From an uncultured Candidatus Rokubacteria bacterium (GTDB lineage: Bacteria > Methylomirabilota > Methylomirabilia > Rokubacteriales > CSP1-6), in contig CAVYTA010000004.1 in assembly GCA_963771355.1 (NCBI GenBank), positions 96,001 to 160,000 on the forward strand: a DNA stretch of 64,000 nt. The letters run 5' to 3'. The position numbers and the translations under genes are program-made. Under the pieces are notes generated by a model. That model made no database searches. It worked only from the letters and a program-made list of their open reading frames with translations, and was not told the origin of the DNA. This document shows positions 1-9,498 of the stretch, one piece after another (position 1 is the stretch's first letter; each line of letters begins with the position of its first letter).

Positions 1-179
1 CCGCCGGCTGACGCACGGCCGGCGGGCGCTCCGGGGAGGGCACCGGCACGGCGGGCGGGGGCGGCGCGGGCGAGGGCATGAGGGCGCGGGTGCGCCGCCT
101 ATACTACCGCCCCGGCCCTCGATATGCCCCGGAAGGAGCGGGCGGCGGGTGTTGCGCGGTATGCTGGAGAGTGGCCTCC

Positions 180-1478
180 ATGGGATACGCTCGACTCGGA
201 CTGGTCCTCGGCGCGCTGCTCCTGTCCTCGGCCTGCGCCGGCCAGCGCATCGCGAGCGCGCCCGCTGCCCCGCCCACCAGTCCGCCTGGCAGTCCGTCCG
301 GGCCATCGGCCACGAGACCCGCTGCGCCCGCGCCGAGGGCCGCCCCTGCCGCGCCGTCGAAGGGGGCTCAGCCCGCCGGGCCCCTCTCGGTCGGCTACGA
401 GGAGCGGGGTGAGGCCTCGTGGTACGGGAATCCGTATCATGGCCGGCGCGCCGCCAGCGGCGAGATCTACGACATGAACCAGATGACGGCCGCGCATCGC
501 ACCTTGCCCTTCGACACGCGCGTCTGGGTGGAGAGCCTGGTGGACGGGAGCGGAGTCGAGCTGCGCATCAACGATCGCGGCCCGTTCAAGGATCCGGACC
601 GGCGCATCATCGACGTGTCGTACGCGGCGGCACGGCTCCTGGGTGTGGTGGGGCCCGGCGTCATCCCGGTGCGGATCCGCGTCATCGCGCTGCCGGGCAC
701 GGCACGAGCCACCCCGCCGCTCCCCACTCCGCCGCCGGCGACTTCCCCACCGGCCGCGTCCGATCCCGTGGCCCCGCCGAGCGCGGCCGCACCCGCTCCG
801 CCACTGACTCCCGAATCCTCGCCGCCCATCTCGCCGCCCGCGACCCCCGTGGCCGGTGCCACGGACTCGTCGCCGGGCGCGAGCCAGGCGGCGCGTGAGC
901 CCGCCGCGCCGCCGCGCGAGGCTCCGGTGGTGCCGCGCGAAGTTGCCCCGCTCCCACGCGCGGCCGTCGCGCCGCCGAGTGAGGGTGCCGTGGTGCCGCG
1001 CGAAGTTACCGCGCCGCCGCGCGAGGCTCCGGTGGTGCCGCGTGAAGTTGCCGCACCCCCGCGCGCAGCCGTCGCGCCACCGAGTGAGGCCGCCGTGGTG
1101 CCGCGCGACGTTGCCGCGCCGCCGCGCGAGGCCGCCGTGGTTCCGCGGGAAGTTGCCGCGCTCCCACGCGCCGCCGCGCCGCTCCCGCGTGAGGCCGCTG
1201 CACCGCCGCGTGAAGCCGTCCCGCCGTCGCGCGAGGCCGCCGCGCTGCCGCCCGAGGGCTGGACGGTGCAGCTCGGGGCGTACTCGTCCGAAGGTCGCGC
1301 GGTCGATTTGGCGCGGGGCTGGCCTGGCGCGCACGTACAGAAGGGCGACGTGGGGGGCCGGCCGGTGTGGCGGGTCCGCGTGGGCCGCTACGCGACCCGC
1401 CGTGAGGCCGAGGAGGCCGCGCAGCGGATGGCGGCCGCCGGCCATCGCGTCATCGTCGTGGAGGCCGCCGCCCGCTAG
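180..1478 (+). CDS. rlpA: Septal ring lytic transglycosylase RlpA family lipoprotein (DPBB + Pro/Ala-rich linker + SPOR)
   Basis: Lipobox LSSAC; GEASWYG..TAAHRTLPF..RINDRGPF..IIDVSYAAA; C-terminal SPOR (WTVQLGAY..WRVRVG). Start set at ATG 180. Confidence 0.92.
   Translation: MGYARLGLVLGALLLSSACAGQRIASAPAAPPTSPPGSPSGPSATRPAAPAPRAAPAAPSKGAQPAGPLSVGYEERGEASWYGNPYHGRRAASGEIYDMNQMTAAHRTLPFDTRVWVESLVDGSGVELRINDRGPFKDPDRRIIDVSYAAARLLGVVGPGVIPVRIRVIALPGTARATPPLPTPPPATSPPAASDPVAPPSAAAPAPPLTPESSPPISPPATPVAGATDSSPGASQAAREPAAPPREAPVVPREVAPLPRAAVAPPSEGAVVPREVTAPPREAPVVPREVAAPPRAAVAPPSEAAVVPRDVAAPPREAAVVPREVAALPRAAAPLPREAAAPPREAVPPSREAAALPPEGWTVQLGAYSSEGRAVDLARGWPGAHVQKGDVGGRPVWRVRVGRYATRREAEEAAQRMAAAGHRVIVVEAAAR
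906..1256 (+). repeat. Intragenic 21-bp (7-aa) tandem repeat with 105-bp higher-order unit
   Basis: About 17 heptads of type APPREAP/VVPREVA; higher-order blocks start at 906, 1011 and 1116. Confidence 0.9.
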
Positions 1479-1482
1479 CCCG

Positions 1483-1683
1483 TCAGCCGTCGGTGGCGAT
1501 GCGCCGGACTCCGGAGGCGCGGAGGCCGCCCGGCGCCGGTTGCGGCTCGAAGACCACGGGCTCACCCACGCGGGGCGGAGGCCCCGGCAATTGTGCGCCG
1601 CGCAGCACGTACAGCGCGCCGTCGTCCCCCACGATCAGGCCCCACGCGGTCGGCTCGTCGTAGAACTTCACCAGTCCGTTCAT
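1483..1683 (-). CDS. Cold-shock-domain-like protein (divergent)
   Basis: 66 aa; MNGLVKFY..WGLI..GEPVVFE..GLRASGV follows the CSP pattern. Confidence 0.7.
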   Translation of the reverse strand: MNGLVKFYDEPTAWGLIVGDDGALYVLRGAQLPGPPPRVGEPVVFEPQPAPGGLRASGVRRIATDG

Positions 1684-1762
1684 GCCCCGAGGATGCGGGC
1701 AGGACGGGGGCCGGCGGAATGACCAGAAATGGAGACAGGGCAGCGTCTGTGAAAAGAGACGC

Positions 1763-2665
1763 CTAGCGGGTGACCTCGATGAGGCAGGTGGCGCCGCGCG
1801 CGCGCTCGATGGCCTCCTCGCGTGACTTGGCCGTGGGCTGCGGCGGCGGCGCGATGAAGAGCGGGCGCGCCGCCTGAGCCTTGATCGCCCACGTGGGTCC
1901 GTCGTCCGGCGCCAGCACGATCACCGGAACGCGCGTCACGTCGATCGTGGTGAGCAGGCCGATGACGTCGCCGCGCACGCTCACCAGCGGTCCGCCCGCG
2001 CCGCGCCGCTCCTTGGGTATCGTGACCTGGAAGAACTCGAACGCGTCGCCGGGCCCGGTGAGTCCCGTCACCGTCGCCTCGCCGACCACCGCCTCCGGCT
2101 TCCGCCCTTCGGTGGCGATGAAGGCCACCATATCCAGGGGGGCGCCCACCCGCACCACCTCGCCCACGCTGATGGAGAGATTGAGCGAGAGAAACGGCAC
2201 GCCCTCGAGCGGCACCCGGATCACCGCGAGGTCCAGCCGGGGCACCACCTGATCCACCAGGCCAGCCACGGTGGGACGCCCCGGACAGGTCACCGCCAGA
2301 CGGCGCGCCCCCACCACGACCTCGGCCACGGTGAGGATCCACCCGTCGTGGCGCACGAGGAAGCCGGTGCCGGTGCTGGGGGGCTGTCCTCCGGCCCGAC
2401 CCGACCACAGCGCCGCGACGCCGAGGAATACCAGGAGCAGGACGGCGCCGACGCGCGCGTGGCGCCGCGCATCGGAGGTCGAAGCTTCCGGAGGATGTGG
2501 GTCCGTGTCGAATCTCCCTGGGCGTGGTGTCCGACCGGCGCCACGCGGGGGAAATCGTAGCACAGGCCCCGGCACGGGCACGCACGATGGGACGGGTCGG
2601 CGCGCGCCCGCGCGAGGGGGTGAGGGGACGAACGGCGACGCGGCCCATGCCGGGTACCACGCCAC
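1763..2665 (-). CDS. Trypsin-like (S1) serine protease homolog, probably inactive; start uncertain
   Basis: Hydrophobic signal, GTGFLV..GWILT, DLAVIR, GGPLV..GDVIG motifs. Confidence 0.75.
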   Translation of the reverse strand: MAWYPAWAASPFVPSPPRAGARRPVPSCVPVPGPVLRFPPRGAGRTPRPGRFDTDPHPPEASTSDARRHARVGAVLLLVFLGVAALWSGRAGGQPPSTGTGFLVRHDGWILTVAEVVVGARRLAVTCPGRPTVAGLVDQVVPRLDLAVIRVPLEGVPFLSLNLSISVGEVVRVGAPLDMVAFIATEGRKPEAVVGEATVTGLTGPGDAFEFFQVTIPKERRGAGGPLVSVRGDVIGLLTTIDVTRVPVIVLAPDDGPTWAIKAQAARPLFIAPPPQPTAKSREEAIERARGATCLIEVTR

Positions 2666-2693
2666 GTGTGCTATACCTGCCCGTCAAGAGCCC

Positions 2694-3980
2694 ATGACTC
2701 GCGCCCTCCTCGCCGTCTGCCTCGCCGGCGCCCTCGCCCTGGCCGGCTGCGCCGATTCCCCCACGCGCGACGGCGGACGTGGGCCCGTGACCGTGGTCTT
2801 CAAGCACGCCAAGCTGCTGGGGCCGGTGGACCCGATGGGCCCGCTGCTCGCCGAGTTCGCGGCCCTCCATCCCGAGATCCGCGTGCGGGCCGAGGCCTTG
2901 CCCTGGTCCAGCGACGAGCAGCGGCAGTTCCTCGTCATCAACCTCGAGGGCGGCAATCCGGGCTTCGACGTCATGATGCTCGACTGCATCTGGGTGCCGG
3001 AGTTCGCGCGCGCGGGCTGGCTCCTCGACCTGACGCCGTCCTTGCCTCCCGGAGAGCTCGCCGCCCACTTTCCCTCCGCCGCGGAGGCCGCCCGCTATCG
3101 CGGCCGCGATTGGGCCTTGCCGTGGATGATGAACGTGGGCCTGCTCTACTACCGCGCGGATCTCCTCGCCCGCCACGGCCTGCAGCCCCCCGAGACCTAC
3201 GACGAACTGGTGGCCGCCATCCGCCGCATCCGCGCCGCGGAGGGAAATCCGAAGCTCGAGGGCTATCTCTGGCAGGGCAAGCAGTACGAGGGGCTGGTGG
3301 TCAATGCGCTGGAGGGACTGTGGGCGGCGGGGACGCGCGTGCTCGGCGACGACGGGCGGGCGTTTCCGGAGCCCGAGCGCGCGGAGGTGGCGCTGCGCTT
3401 TCTCCGCGGCCTCATCGCCGAGGGGCTGAGCCCTCCGTGGACCACCGCCGCCGACGAAGAGATCACGCGGCGGGCCTTCGGGCAAGGCGAGGCCATCTTT
3501 CTCCGCTCCTGGCCCTATGCCGCCGACCTCTTCGAGCTCCCCGATTCGCCGGTGCGGGGCAAGGTGGGTCTGGCGCCGCTGCCACGCCATGCCGCCGGCA
3601 CCGCGGGGGCAGGCTCCACCGGCGGCGCGCATCTTGCGGTAGCACGCTCCACGACTCATCCCGAGGCCGCGATCACTCTCGCGCGCTTTCTCACCAGCGA
3701 GCGCGCGCAGCGGGTGATGGCGGAAACGGGCGCGGTGAAGCCCACCCGCCCGGCCCTCTATCGCGATCCCGCGCTGGTGCGCGCCTTCCCCAGCCTGCCG
3801 CGCATTCATGACCTGACTCTTGCGGGACGGCCGCGCCCGGTGACGCCCGTCTACGTGATCCTCTCCACCACGCTGCAGCCGGAGCTCTCGGCGGTGCTGG
3901 TGGGGGTCAAGACCCCGGCCGAGGCGGTGGCGCAGTCACGACGCCGTCTCGAGTTTCTCCTCGAGGGTCTGGGCGGGTGA
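2694..3980 (+). CDS. Sugar ABC transporter substrate-binding lipoprotein (trehalose/maltose-like)
   Basis: Lipobox LAGC; DVMMLD.IWVPEFA, GLLYYRADLL, QGKQYEGL motifs. Confidence 0.9.
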   Translation: MTRALLAVCLAGALALAGCADSPTRDGGRGPVTVVFKHAKLLGPVDPMGPLLAEFAALHPEIRVRAEALPWSSDEQRQFLVINLEGGNPGFDVMMLDCIWVPEFARAGWLLDLTPSLPPGELAAHFPSAAEAARYRGRDWALPWMMNVGLLYYRADLLARHGLQPPETYDELVAAIRRIRAAEGNPKLEGYLWQGKQYEGLVVNALEGLWAAGTRVLGDDGRAFPEPERAEVALRFLRGLIAEGLSPPWTTAADEEITRRAFGQGEAIFLRSWPYAADLFELPDSPVRGKVGLAPLPRHAAGTAGAGSTGGAHLAVARSTTHPEAAITLARFLTSERAQRVMAETGAVKPTRPALYRDPALVRAFPSLPRIHDLTLAGRPRPVTPVYVILSTTLQPELSAVLVGVKTPAEAVAQSRRRLEFLLEGLGG

Positions 3981-4843
3981 GGCCTCGCGCCCCGCGGCGG
4001 ACGGGCCTCCTTCTCGTGGCCCCCGCGCTCCTCCTCCTCGCCGCCGTCACCGCGTATCCCGCCCTCTGGGTGCTGTGGCTCTCGCTGCAGCGTCGCGTGC
4101 CCATCTTCGGCATCGCGCAGTTCGAGGGGGCGGGCAACTATCTCTTCCTCGCCGCCGACCCGCGCTTCTGGAGCGCGACGCGCATCACGCTGGCCTTCAC
4201 CGTGATCTCCGTGCTGCTCGAGCTGGTGCTGGGCCTCCTGGTGGCGATGGCCCTGGCCGGCCAGCAGCGCGGCCGGCGGCTCGCGCTGTCCCTGCTGCTC
4301 CTGGCGTGGGCGCTGCCCGGGGTGGTGACGGCCAAGCTCTTCGAGTGGCTGTACAATCCGGCCGCTGGGCTGGTGAACTATCTTCTCCTGGGTGCCCAGA
4401 TCAACTGGCTCGGTGACCCCGCGCTCGCGCTGCCGGGCCTCATCGCGGCGGACGTCTGGCGCACCATGCCCCTGGTGGCGCTGCTCTGCTACGCGCGCCT
4501 CCTGACGATTCCCACCGAGATCTACGAGGCCGCGCGCGTGGACGGGGCGGGCGCGCTCGCCACCTTCCTGCGGATCACGCTGCCGCTGTGCCGCTCCATC
4601 CTGCTCATCGCGCTCCTCTTCCGAACGCTGGACGCGCTGCGCGCCTTCGACCTCATGTTCATCCTCACCGGGGGCGGGCCCGCCGGCACCACGGAGACGC
4701 TCACCGTCTACGCCTACCGGAGTCTCTTCCAGACGCTCCACCTCGGGCTGGGCTCGGCCATCGCGGTGGTGGTCTTCGGCCTCGTCATGATGGTGGCCTG
4801 GGGCTACTTGCGGGCGCTGCGGCGCGAGGGGCTCACCGCGTGA
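3977..4843 (+). CDS. Sugar ABC transporter permease
   Basis: TM helices; EAA motif YEAARVDGA; overlaps the upstream stop. Confidence 0.92.
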   Translation: MRPRAPRRTGLLLVAPALLLLAAVTAYPALWVLWLSLQRRVPIFGIAQFEGAGNYLFLAADPRFWSATRITLAFTVISVLLELVLGLLVAMALAGQQRGRRLALSLLLLAWALPGVVTAKLFEWLYNPAAGLVNYLLLGAQINWLGDPALALPGLIAADVWRTMPLVALLCYARLLTIPTEIYEAARVDGAGALATFLRITLPLCRSILLIALLFRTLDALRAFDLMFILTGGGPAGTTETLTVYAYRSLFQTLHLGLGSAIAVVVFGLVMMVAWGYLRALRREGLTA

Positions 4844-5664
4844 GGGGCCGGCCGCGACCGGCGCTGCGCGACGCCGCCGTGCTCCTGGGGCTCGTCCTGT
4901 ACGCGCTGCCGTTCTTCTGGCAGGTGCTCACCTCGCTCAAGCCCGAGGCGGAGCTGATGCGCCTGCCGCCGCTGCTGCCGAGCCGGCTCAGCTGGGAGCA
5001 CTATCAGGTGGTGCTGGAGCGGAGCCTCATGCTCCGGGCCCTCGTGAACAGCCTGGGCGTGGGACTTCTCACCACGGTCCTGGCGCTGATCCTCGGCCTC
5101 GCCGCCGCCTATGGCTTCGCGCGCTTCCCCGTTCCCGGCAAGGGTCCGCTGCTCCTCGCCATCGTCGCGGGCACGGCCTTTCCCCAGATCGCCACCGTGA
5201 GCCCGCTCTATCTCCTCATGCGGGCGCTGGGGCTCCGCGACACGTGGCTGGGCCTCATCCTGGCCAATACCTCGTTCGCCCTGCCGCTGGTGGTCTGGCT
5301 GCTGGCGGGGTTCATCCGCGACCTGCCGGTGGCCCTCGAGGAGGCGGCCGCCGTGGACGGCGCCGGCCGTCTACAGGCGTTCCGATGGGTGGTTCTTCCG
5401 CTGGTGGCGCCGGGACTCGCCTCCGCCGCGCTGCTGACCTTTCTCTTCTCGTGGAACGAGTTCCTCTTCGCCTATACCTTCACCGCCACCGAGGCCAGCC
5501 GTACCGCTCCGGTGGCGCTGGCGTTGTTCCCCGGCGTCTTCGAGGTGCCCTGGGGCGACATCGCGGCGGCCTCGATCCTGGCCAGCCTGCCGCCCATCGC
5601 GGTGGTGGTGGGCCTCCAGCGCTATCTCGTGCGCGGGCTGGTGGCGGGCGCGCTGCGCGAATGA
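4840..5664 (+). CDS. Sugar ABC transporter permease
   Basis: GTG 4840 overlaps the upstream stop; EEAAAVDGA, SWNEFLFA. Confidence 0.92.
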   Translation: MRGRPRPALRDAAVLLGLVLYALPFFWQVLTSLKPEAELMRLPPLLPSRLSWEHYQVVLERSLMLRALVNSLGVGLLTTVLALILGLAAAYGFARFPVPGKGPLLLAIVAGTAFPQIATVSPLYLLMRALGLRDTWLGLILANTSFALPLVVWLLAGFIRDLPVALEEAAAVDGAGRLQAFRWVVLPLVAPGLASAALLTFLFSWNEFLFAYTFTATEASRTAPVALALFPGVFEVPWGDIAAASILASLPPIAVVVGLQRYLVRGLVAGALRE

Positions 5665-5757
5665 GGCTTTGACCCCCTCCGAGACAGGAGTGGACAGCGA
5701 GGCATGGTCCGCGCTACGTTATGTGCAAGTACTTGATGCTCATGAGCGTGTTCACGC

Positions 5758-6717
5758 TTGAGTAGGCGTTCCCGACGTCCGCACGGCCACGGCCGACGTC
5801 CGCAGTCCGGCCAGGGCCCGCGACTTCCCGCCCCCGCTCCGCCTCCGCCGTCGCTGTTCGAGAGCCTCACCGCCATCCATGCCAAGGAGCGGTTACGGCT
5901 CGAGACGACCACGGATGAGATCAGCATGCGGGTGATGGACATCATCTGCCCCATCGGCAAAGGGCAACGCGGGCTCATCGTGGCGCCGCCCCGGACGGGC
6001 AAGACCGTCCTCCTCCAGCAGATCGCCAAGGCCGTCCTCACCAACCATCCGGAAGTGCACGTGATCATCCTCCTGGTGGACGAGCGGCCGGAGGAGGTCA
6101 CCGACTTCCGGATGACCCTGGCCAAGACCGGGGCGGAGGTGGTGGCCTCGAGCAACGACAATCCCTATGCCCGCCACATCGAGGTCACCGAGCAGACGCT
6201 GGACCGGGCCAAGCGCATGGCCGAGCAGAAGAAGGACGTGCTCATCCTCTTCGACTCGCTGACGCGGATGACGCGCGCCTACAACAACCAGCTCACCTCG
6301 CGCGGCCGCACCATGTCGGGGGGCATCGACAGCCGCGCCTTCCAGATGCCGCGCGCCTTTTTCGGCGCCGCGCGCGCGCTGGAGGAGGGCGGGTCGCTCA
6401 CCATCATCGGCACCGCGCTGGTGGACACCGGCTCGCGGATGGACCAGATCATCTTCGAGGAGTTCAAGGGCACCGGCAACATGGAGCTCTATCTCGAGCG
6501 CGAGCTGGCCGACCGGCGGATCTTCCCCTCCTTCGACATGATGCGCTCCGGCACCCGGCGCGAGGAGCTGCTCTTCACCGCCGACGAGCTCAAGAAGATC
6601 CATCTCCTGCGGCGGGCTCTCTCCGGCCGCAAGCCCGTCGAAGCCATGGAGATGCTGCTGGACCGCCTCAAGCTGACCCCGACCAACGCCGCCTTCTTGA
6701 AGAGCTTCGGCGGCTAG
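5758..6717 (+). CDS. rho: Transcription termination factor Rho, short form lacking the N-terminal RNA-binding domain
   Basis: PIGKGQRGLIVAPPRTGKT, DERPEEVTD, DSLTR, EEFKGTGNMEL, SGTRREELL. Confidence 0.92.
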   Translation: MSRRSRRPHGHGRRPQSGQGPRLPAPAPPPPSLFESLTAIHAKERLRLETTTDEISMRVMDIICPIGKGQRGLIVAPPRTGKTVLLQQIAKAVLTNHPEVHVIILLVDERPEEVTDFRMTLAKTGAEVVASSNDNPYARHIEVTEQTLDRAKRMAEQKKDVLILFDSLTRMTRAYNNQLTSRGRTMSGGIDSRAFQMPRAFFGAARALEEGGSLTIIGTALVDTGSRMDQIIFEEFKGTGNMELYLERELADRRIFPSFDMMRSGTRREELLFTADELKKIHLLRRALSGRKPVEAMEMLLDRLKLTPTNAAFLKSFGG

Positions 6718-6727
6718 CCCGCCGTCC

Positions 6728-7519
6728 TCACATCTCCATGAGGCGCATCACGCGGTAGGACTCGGCGGCGGCGAGCTTGCGCTTCCGGCCCTGCTCGCGC
6801 GCCCACTCCGTGATCATCTCCGCGGGATCCCACTCGCCCATCTGGGTCTTGTGCTCGCGCAGGGCGGCGAGCTTCAGGGGCAGGAATTCCCCGATGTCCA
6901 CCCAGGTGTCCGGCCGGTCCGCGCCGTGGATCCACACCGACTCCACGTGATGCGGCTCCAGCCCCTCGTCGAGCAGCTCGGGGAAGATGAGGCGCGTCTG
7001 GGCGGAGGGGAACACCGCATCCAGGGCCGCGTCCGCCGCCGCGCGATGGTCCGGGTGATTGAGATAGACGTTGCCGTAGTAGCGCACGGTGGGGTCGCCG
7101 CAGACCACCACCGTCGGCTTGTGGATACGGATCAGCCGCGTGAGCGCGCGGCGGAGCGGAATGGACGGCTCGAGCATCCCGTCCTCGTACCCCATGAAGA
7201 ACACCTCGGGGATTCCGAGCACGCGGCAGGCCTCACGCTGCTCGGTCTCTCTGATCGCGGTCAATGCGGTCCGCGTCATCTCCTTCGGGGTCCACTGGTT
7301 CGAGCCGGCGCCGCCGCTGGTGATGCACACCGTGACGATGCGGCTCCCCGCCTTCGCCCACTTGGCCAGGGTGCCGCCGATGGTGAACTCCTGGTCGTCC
7401 GGGTGGGCGTGGATGGACATCACCCGCTCGGGGGCGGCGGGCTCCGGCGCGTCGGCGGACCGGGGGCCGCCGCGCTCGGGGATGCCGGGGGTGAGGCTGT
7501 CGCCGTCGGTCTCGCTCAT
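6728..7519 (-). CDS. PIG-L/LmbE family deacetylase
   Basis: AHPDD and HPDH motifs. Confidence 0.9.
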   Translation of the reverse strand: MSETDGDSLTPGIPERGGPRSADAPEPAAPERVMSIHAHPDDQEFTIGGTLAKWAKAGSRIVTVCITSGGAGSNQWTPKEMTRTALTAIRETEQREACRVLGIPEVFFMGYEDGMLEPSIPLRRALTRLIRIHKPTVVVCGDPTVRYYGNVYLNHPDHRAAADAALDAVFPSAQTRLIFPELLDEGLEPHHVESVWIHGADRPDTWVDIGEFLPLKLAALREHKTQMGEWDPAEMITEWAREQGRKRKLAAAESYRVMRLMEM

Positions 7520-7573
7520 GTCGGGTCGCCGTCGCAGTGTACCACCGCGCTTGTGCTAGGCTAGTTGTCAGCC

Positions 7574-8656
7574 ATGGCACGGAAGAAAGCGGCGGTGATC
7601 GGGGCGACGGGGATCGCGGGGCAGCAGTTCCTGGCCGCGCTCGCGGGCCATCCCCTCTTCGAGGTGACGGCGCTGGCAGCCTCCGAGCGCTCGGCGGGCA
7701 AGGTCTATCGCGACGCCATCACCGACGCGAGCGGCGCCTTCCGTTGGTACTGCGCGGAGCCGCTCGACCCGGCCTTTGCCGGCCTTGTGGTCCAGGACGC
7801 CGCCAAGCTCGACGCCACCTCGGTGGACGTGGTCTTCACCGCGGTGGAGTCGGATGCGGCGAAGGAGCTGGAGCCGCGCTACGCCAAGACCACCCCCGTG
7901 ATCTCGACGGCCTCCGCCTTCCGCTACGAGGACGATGTGCCCATCTTCATCCCCGGCGTCAATCTCGACCATGATCGGCTCATCGCGGTGCAGAAGCGGC
8001 GGCGCGGCTGGACGGGCTTCGTCACCCCGGTGCCCAACTGCACCACCATGGGCCTGGCCATGACGCTCAAGCCGCTCCACGACGCCTTCGGGATACGCCA
8101 GGTGATCATGACGTCGCTGCAGTCCGTGTCCGGCGCGGGCCGCTCGCCGGGTGTGCTGACGCTCGACGTCATGGACAACGTGATTCCTTATATCCCCAAG
8201 GAAGAAGAGAAGGTCGAGGCCGAAACCCGGAAGATCCTGGGCGTGGTGGAAGGCGACACCGTACGCCCGGCGGCCTTCCGCGTCTCTGCCACCTGCACTC
8301 GCGTGCCGGTGCTCGAGGGGCATACGGAGACGGTGAACGTCGCCTTCGACCGCGCGGCGACCCCGGACGACGTCAAGCGGGCTTTCCGGGGGCATGGGAA
8401 GGACTTCCTTGCCCTGGGCCTTCCCTCCGCGCCGTCGGCCCTCATCGACGTGAGCGAGGATCCGTTCCGACCGCAGCCGCGGCTGGACCGCGACCGCGAG
8501 CAGGGCATGCTGACCTCGGTCGGCCGCGTGCGCGTGGATCCGGCGCTGCCCAATGGCATCAAGTACGTGCTGGTGAGCCACAACACCAAGATGGGCGCCG
8601 CCCGCGGCGGTCTCCTGGTGGCCGAGTACCTCGCCCACCGCGGCTACATCTATTAA
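7574..8656 (+). CDS. asd: Aspartate-semialdehyde dehydrogenase (archaeal/fungal-type)
   Basis: GATG..GQ, SERSAGK.Y, PNCTT, QSVSGAG, EEEKVE.E, TCTRVPV..GH, HN..GAA. Confidence 0.93.
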   Translation: MARKKAAVIGATGIAGQQFLAALAGHPLFEVTALAASERSAGKVYRDAITDASGAFRWYCAEPLDPAFAGLVVQDAAKLDATSVDVVFTAVESDAAKELEPRYAKTTPVISTASAFRYEDDVPIFIPGVNLDHDRLIAVQKRRRGWTGFVTPVPNCTTMGLAMTLKPLHDAFGIRQVIMTSLQSVSGAGRSPGVLTLDVMDNVIPYIPKEEEKVEAETRKILGVVEGDTVRPAAFRVSATCTRVPVLEGHTETVNVAFDRAATPDDVKRAFRGHGKDFLALGLPSAPSALIDVSEDPFRPQPRLDRDREQGMLTSVGRVRVDPALPNGIKYVLVSHNTKMGAARGGLLVAEYLAHRGYIY

Positions 8657-8757
8657 TTTCAAATCTGCGCCGTTTTTAGAAGCTAAGCCGCGGTAAAGCG
8701 GCTCCACACGACCTTGGCCCCAGTCCGAGCAACAAGGCTCGACCGAGGAGAATCAAC

Positions 8758-9498
8758 ATGCGCAATCCGGAGCGTCTCGGCCGCCGAGCATTCCTCAAAG
8801 CCGCGGGCGTAACCGGCGCGGTCGCCCTCGTTGGCTCCGCGCTCCCGGGCCGAATTGCCTGGGCCGCCGCACTGACCAAGGCTCAGCGCGACAAGATGAC
8901 GCCGGACGAGATCATCCAGCTCATGAAGAAAGGCAATCAGCGCTTCCGAATGGGGCAGAAGACAACGCAGGACTACTTGGGTCAGCAGAGAGCGAGCGCG
9001 AAGGGACAGTATCCGGCCGCGGTGCTCCTGAGCTGCATCGACTCCCGCGCGCCGGCCGAGACGATCATGGACCTCGGCATCGGCGACGTGTTCAACACCC
9101 GCGTGGCCGGCAACGTCGCCAACGACGACATTCTCGGTAGCATGGAGTTCGCCTGCAAGATATCCGGCGCGAAGGTCGTGCTGGTGATGGGCCACACCGC
9201 GTGCGGCGCGATCAAGGGGGCCATCGACCGGGTCCAGCTCGGCAACCTCACCGGCCTGCTCGCCAAGATCCAGCCGGCGGTGGATGCCACCGCGTATCAA
9301 GGCGAGCGCTCCGCGAAGAACTACGGCTTCGTCGACGCCGTGGCGCGAAAGAATGTCGAGCTCACCATGGCCGAGATCCACAGCCGTAGTGCCGTCATCG
9401 CGGCGCTCGAGACCACGGGCGCCGTTAAAATCGCCGGGGCGATGTACAACCTGGAAACGGCGGCGGTCGATTTCCTGCCCTTCACGCCCAGCCGATAG
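8758..9498 (+). CDS. Beta-class carbonic anhydrase with Tat signal
   Basis: RRAFLK signal; CIDSR and HTACG zinc ligands; RVAGN. Confidence 0.93.
   Translation: MRNPERLGRRAFLKAAGVTGAVALVGSALPGRIAWAAALTKAQRDKMTPDEIIQLMKKGNQRFRMGQKTTQDYLGQQRASAKGQYPAAVLLSCIDSRAPAETIMDLGIGDVFNTRVAGNVANDDILGSMEFACKISGAKVVLVMGHTACGAIKGAIDRVQLGNLTGLLAKIQPAVDATAYQGERSAKNYGFVDAVARKNVELTMAEIHSRSAVIAALETTGAVKIAGAMYNLETAAVDFLPFTPSR

Noticed and set aside
1..79. Possible minus-strand gene start (MPSPAPPPP...)
   Set aside because: Too short and low-complexity to support within the window.
906..1256. Repeat array as a CRISPR
   Set aside because: In-frame coding repeats without unique spacers; no cas genes.
2694..5664. 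Missing ATPase in the sugar ABC operon
   Set aside because: Common: carbohydrate ABC systems often share a MsmK/MalK-type ATPase encoded elsewhere.
5727..5759. Three short palindromes upstream of rho
   Set aside because: Each has only 5-6-bp arms; cannot be distinguished from chance without comparative data.
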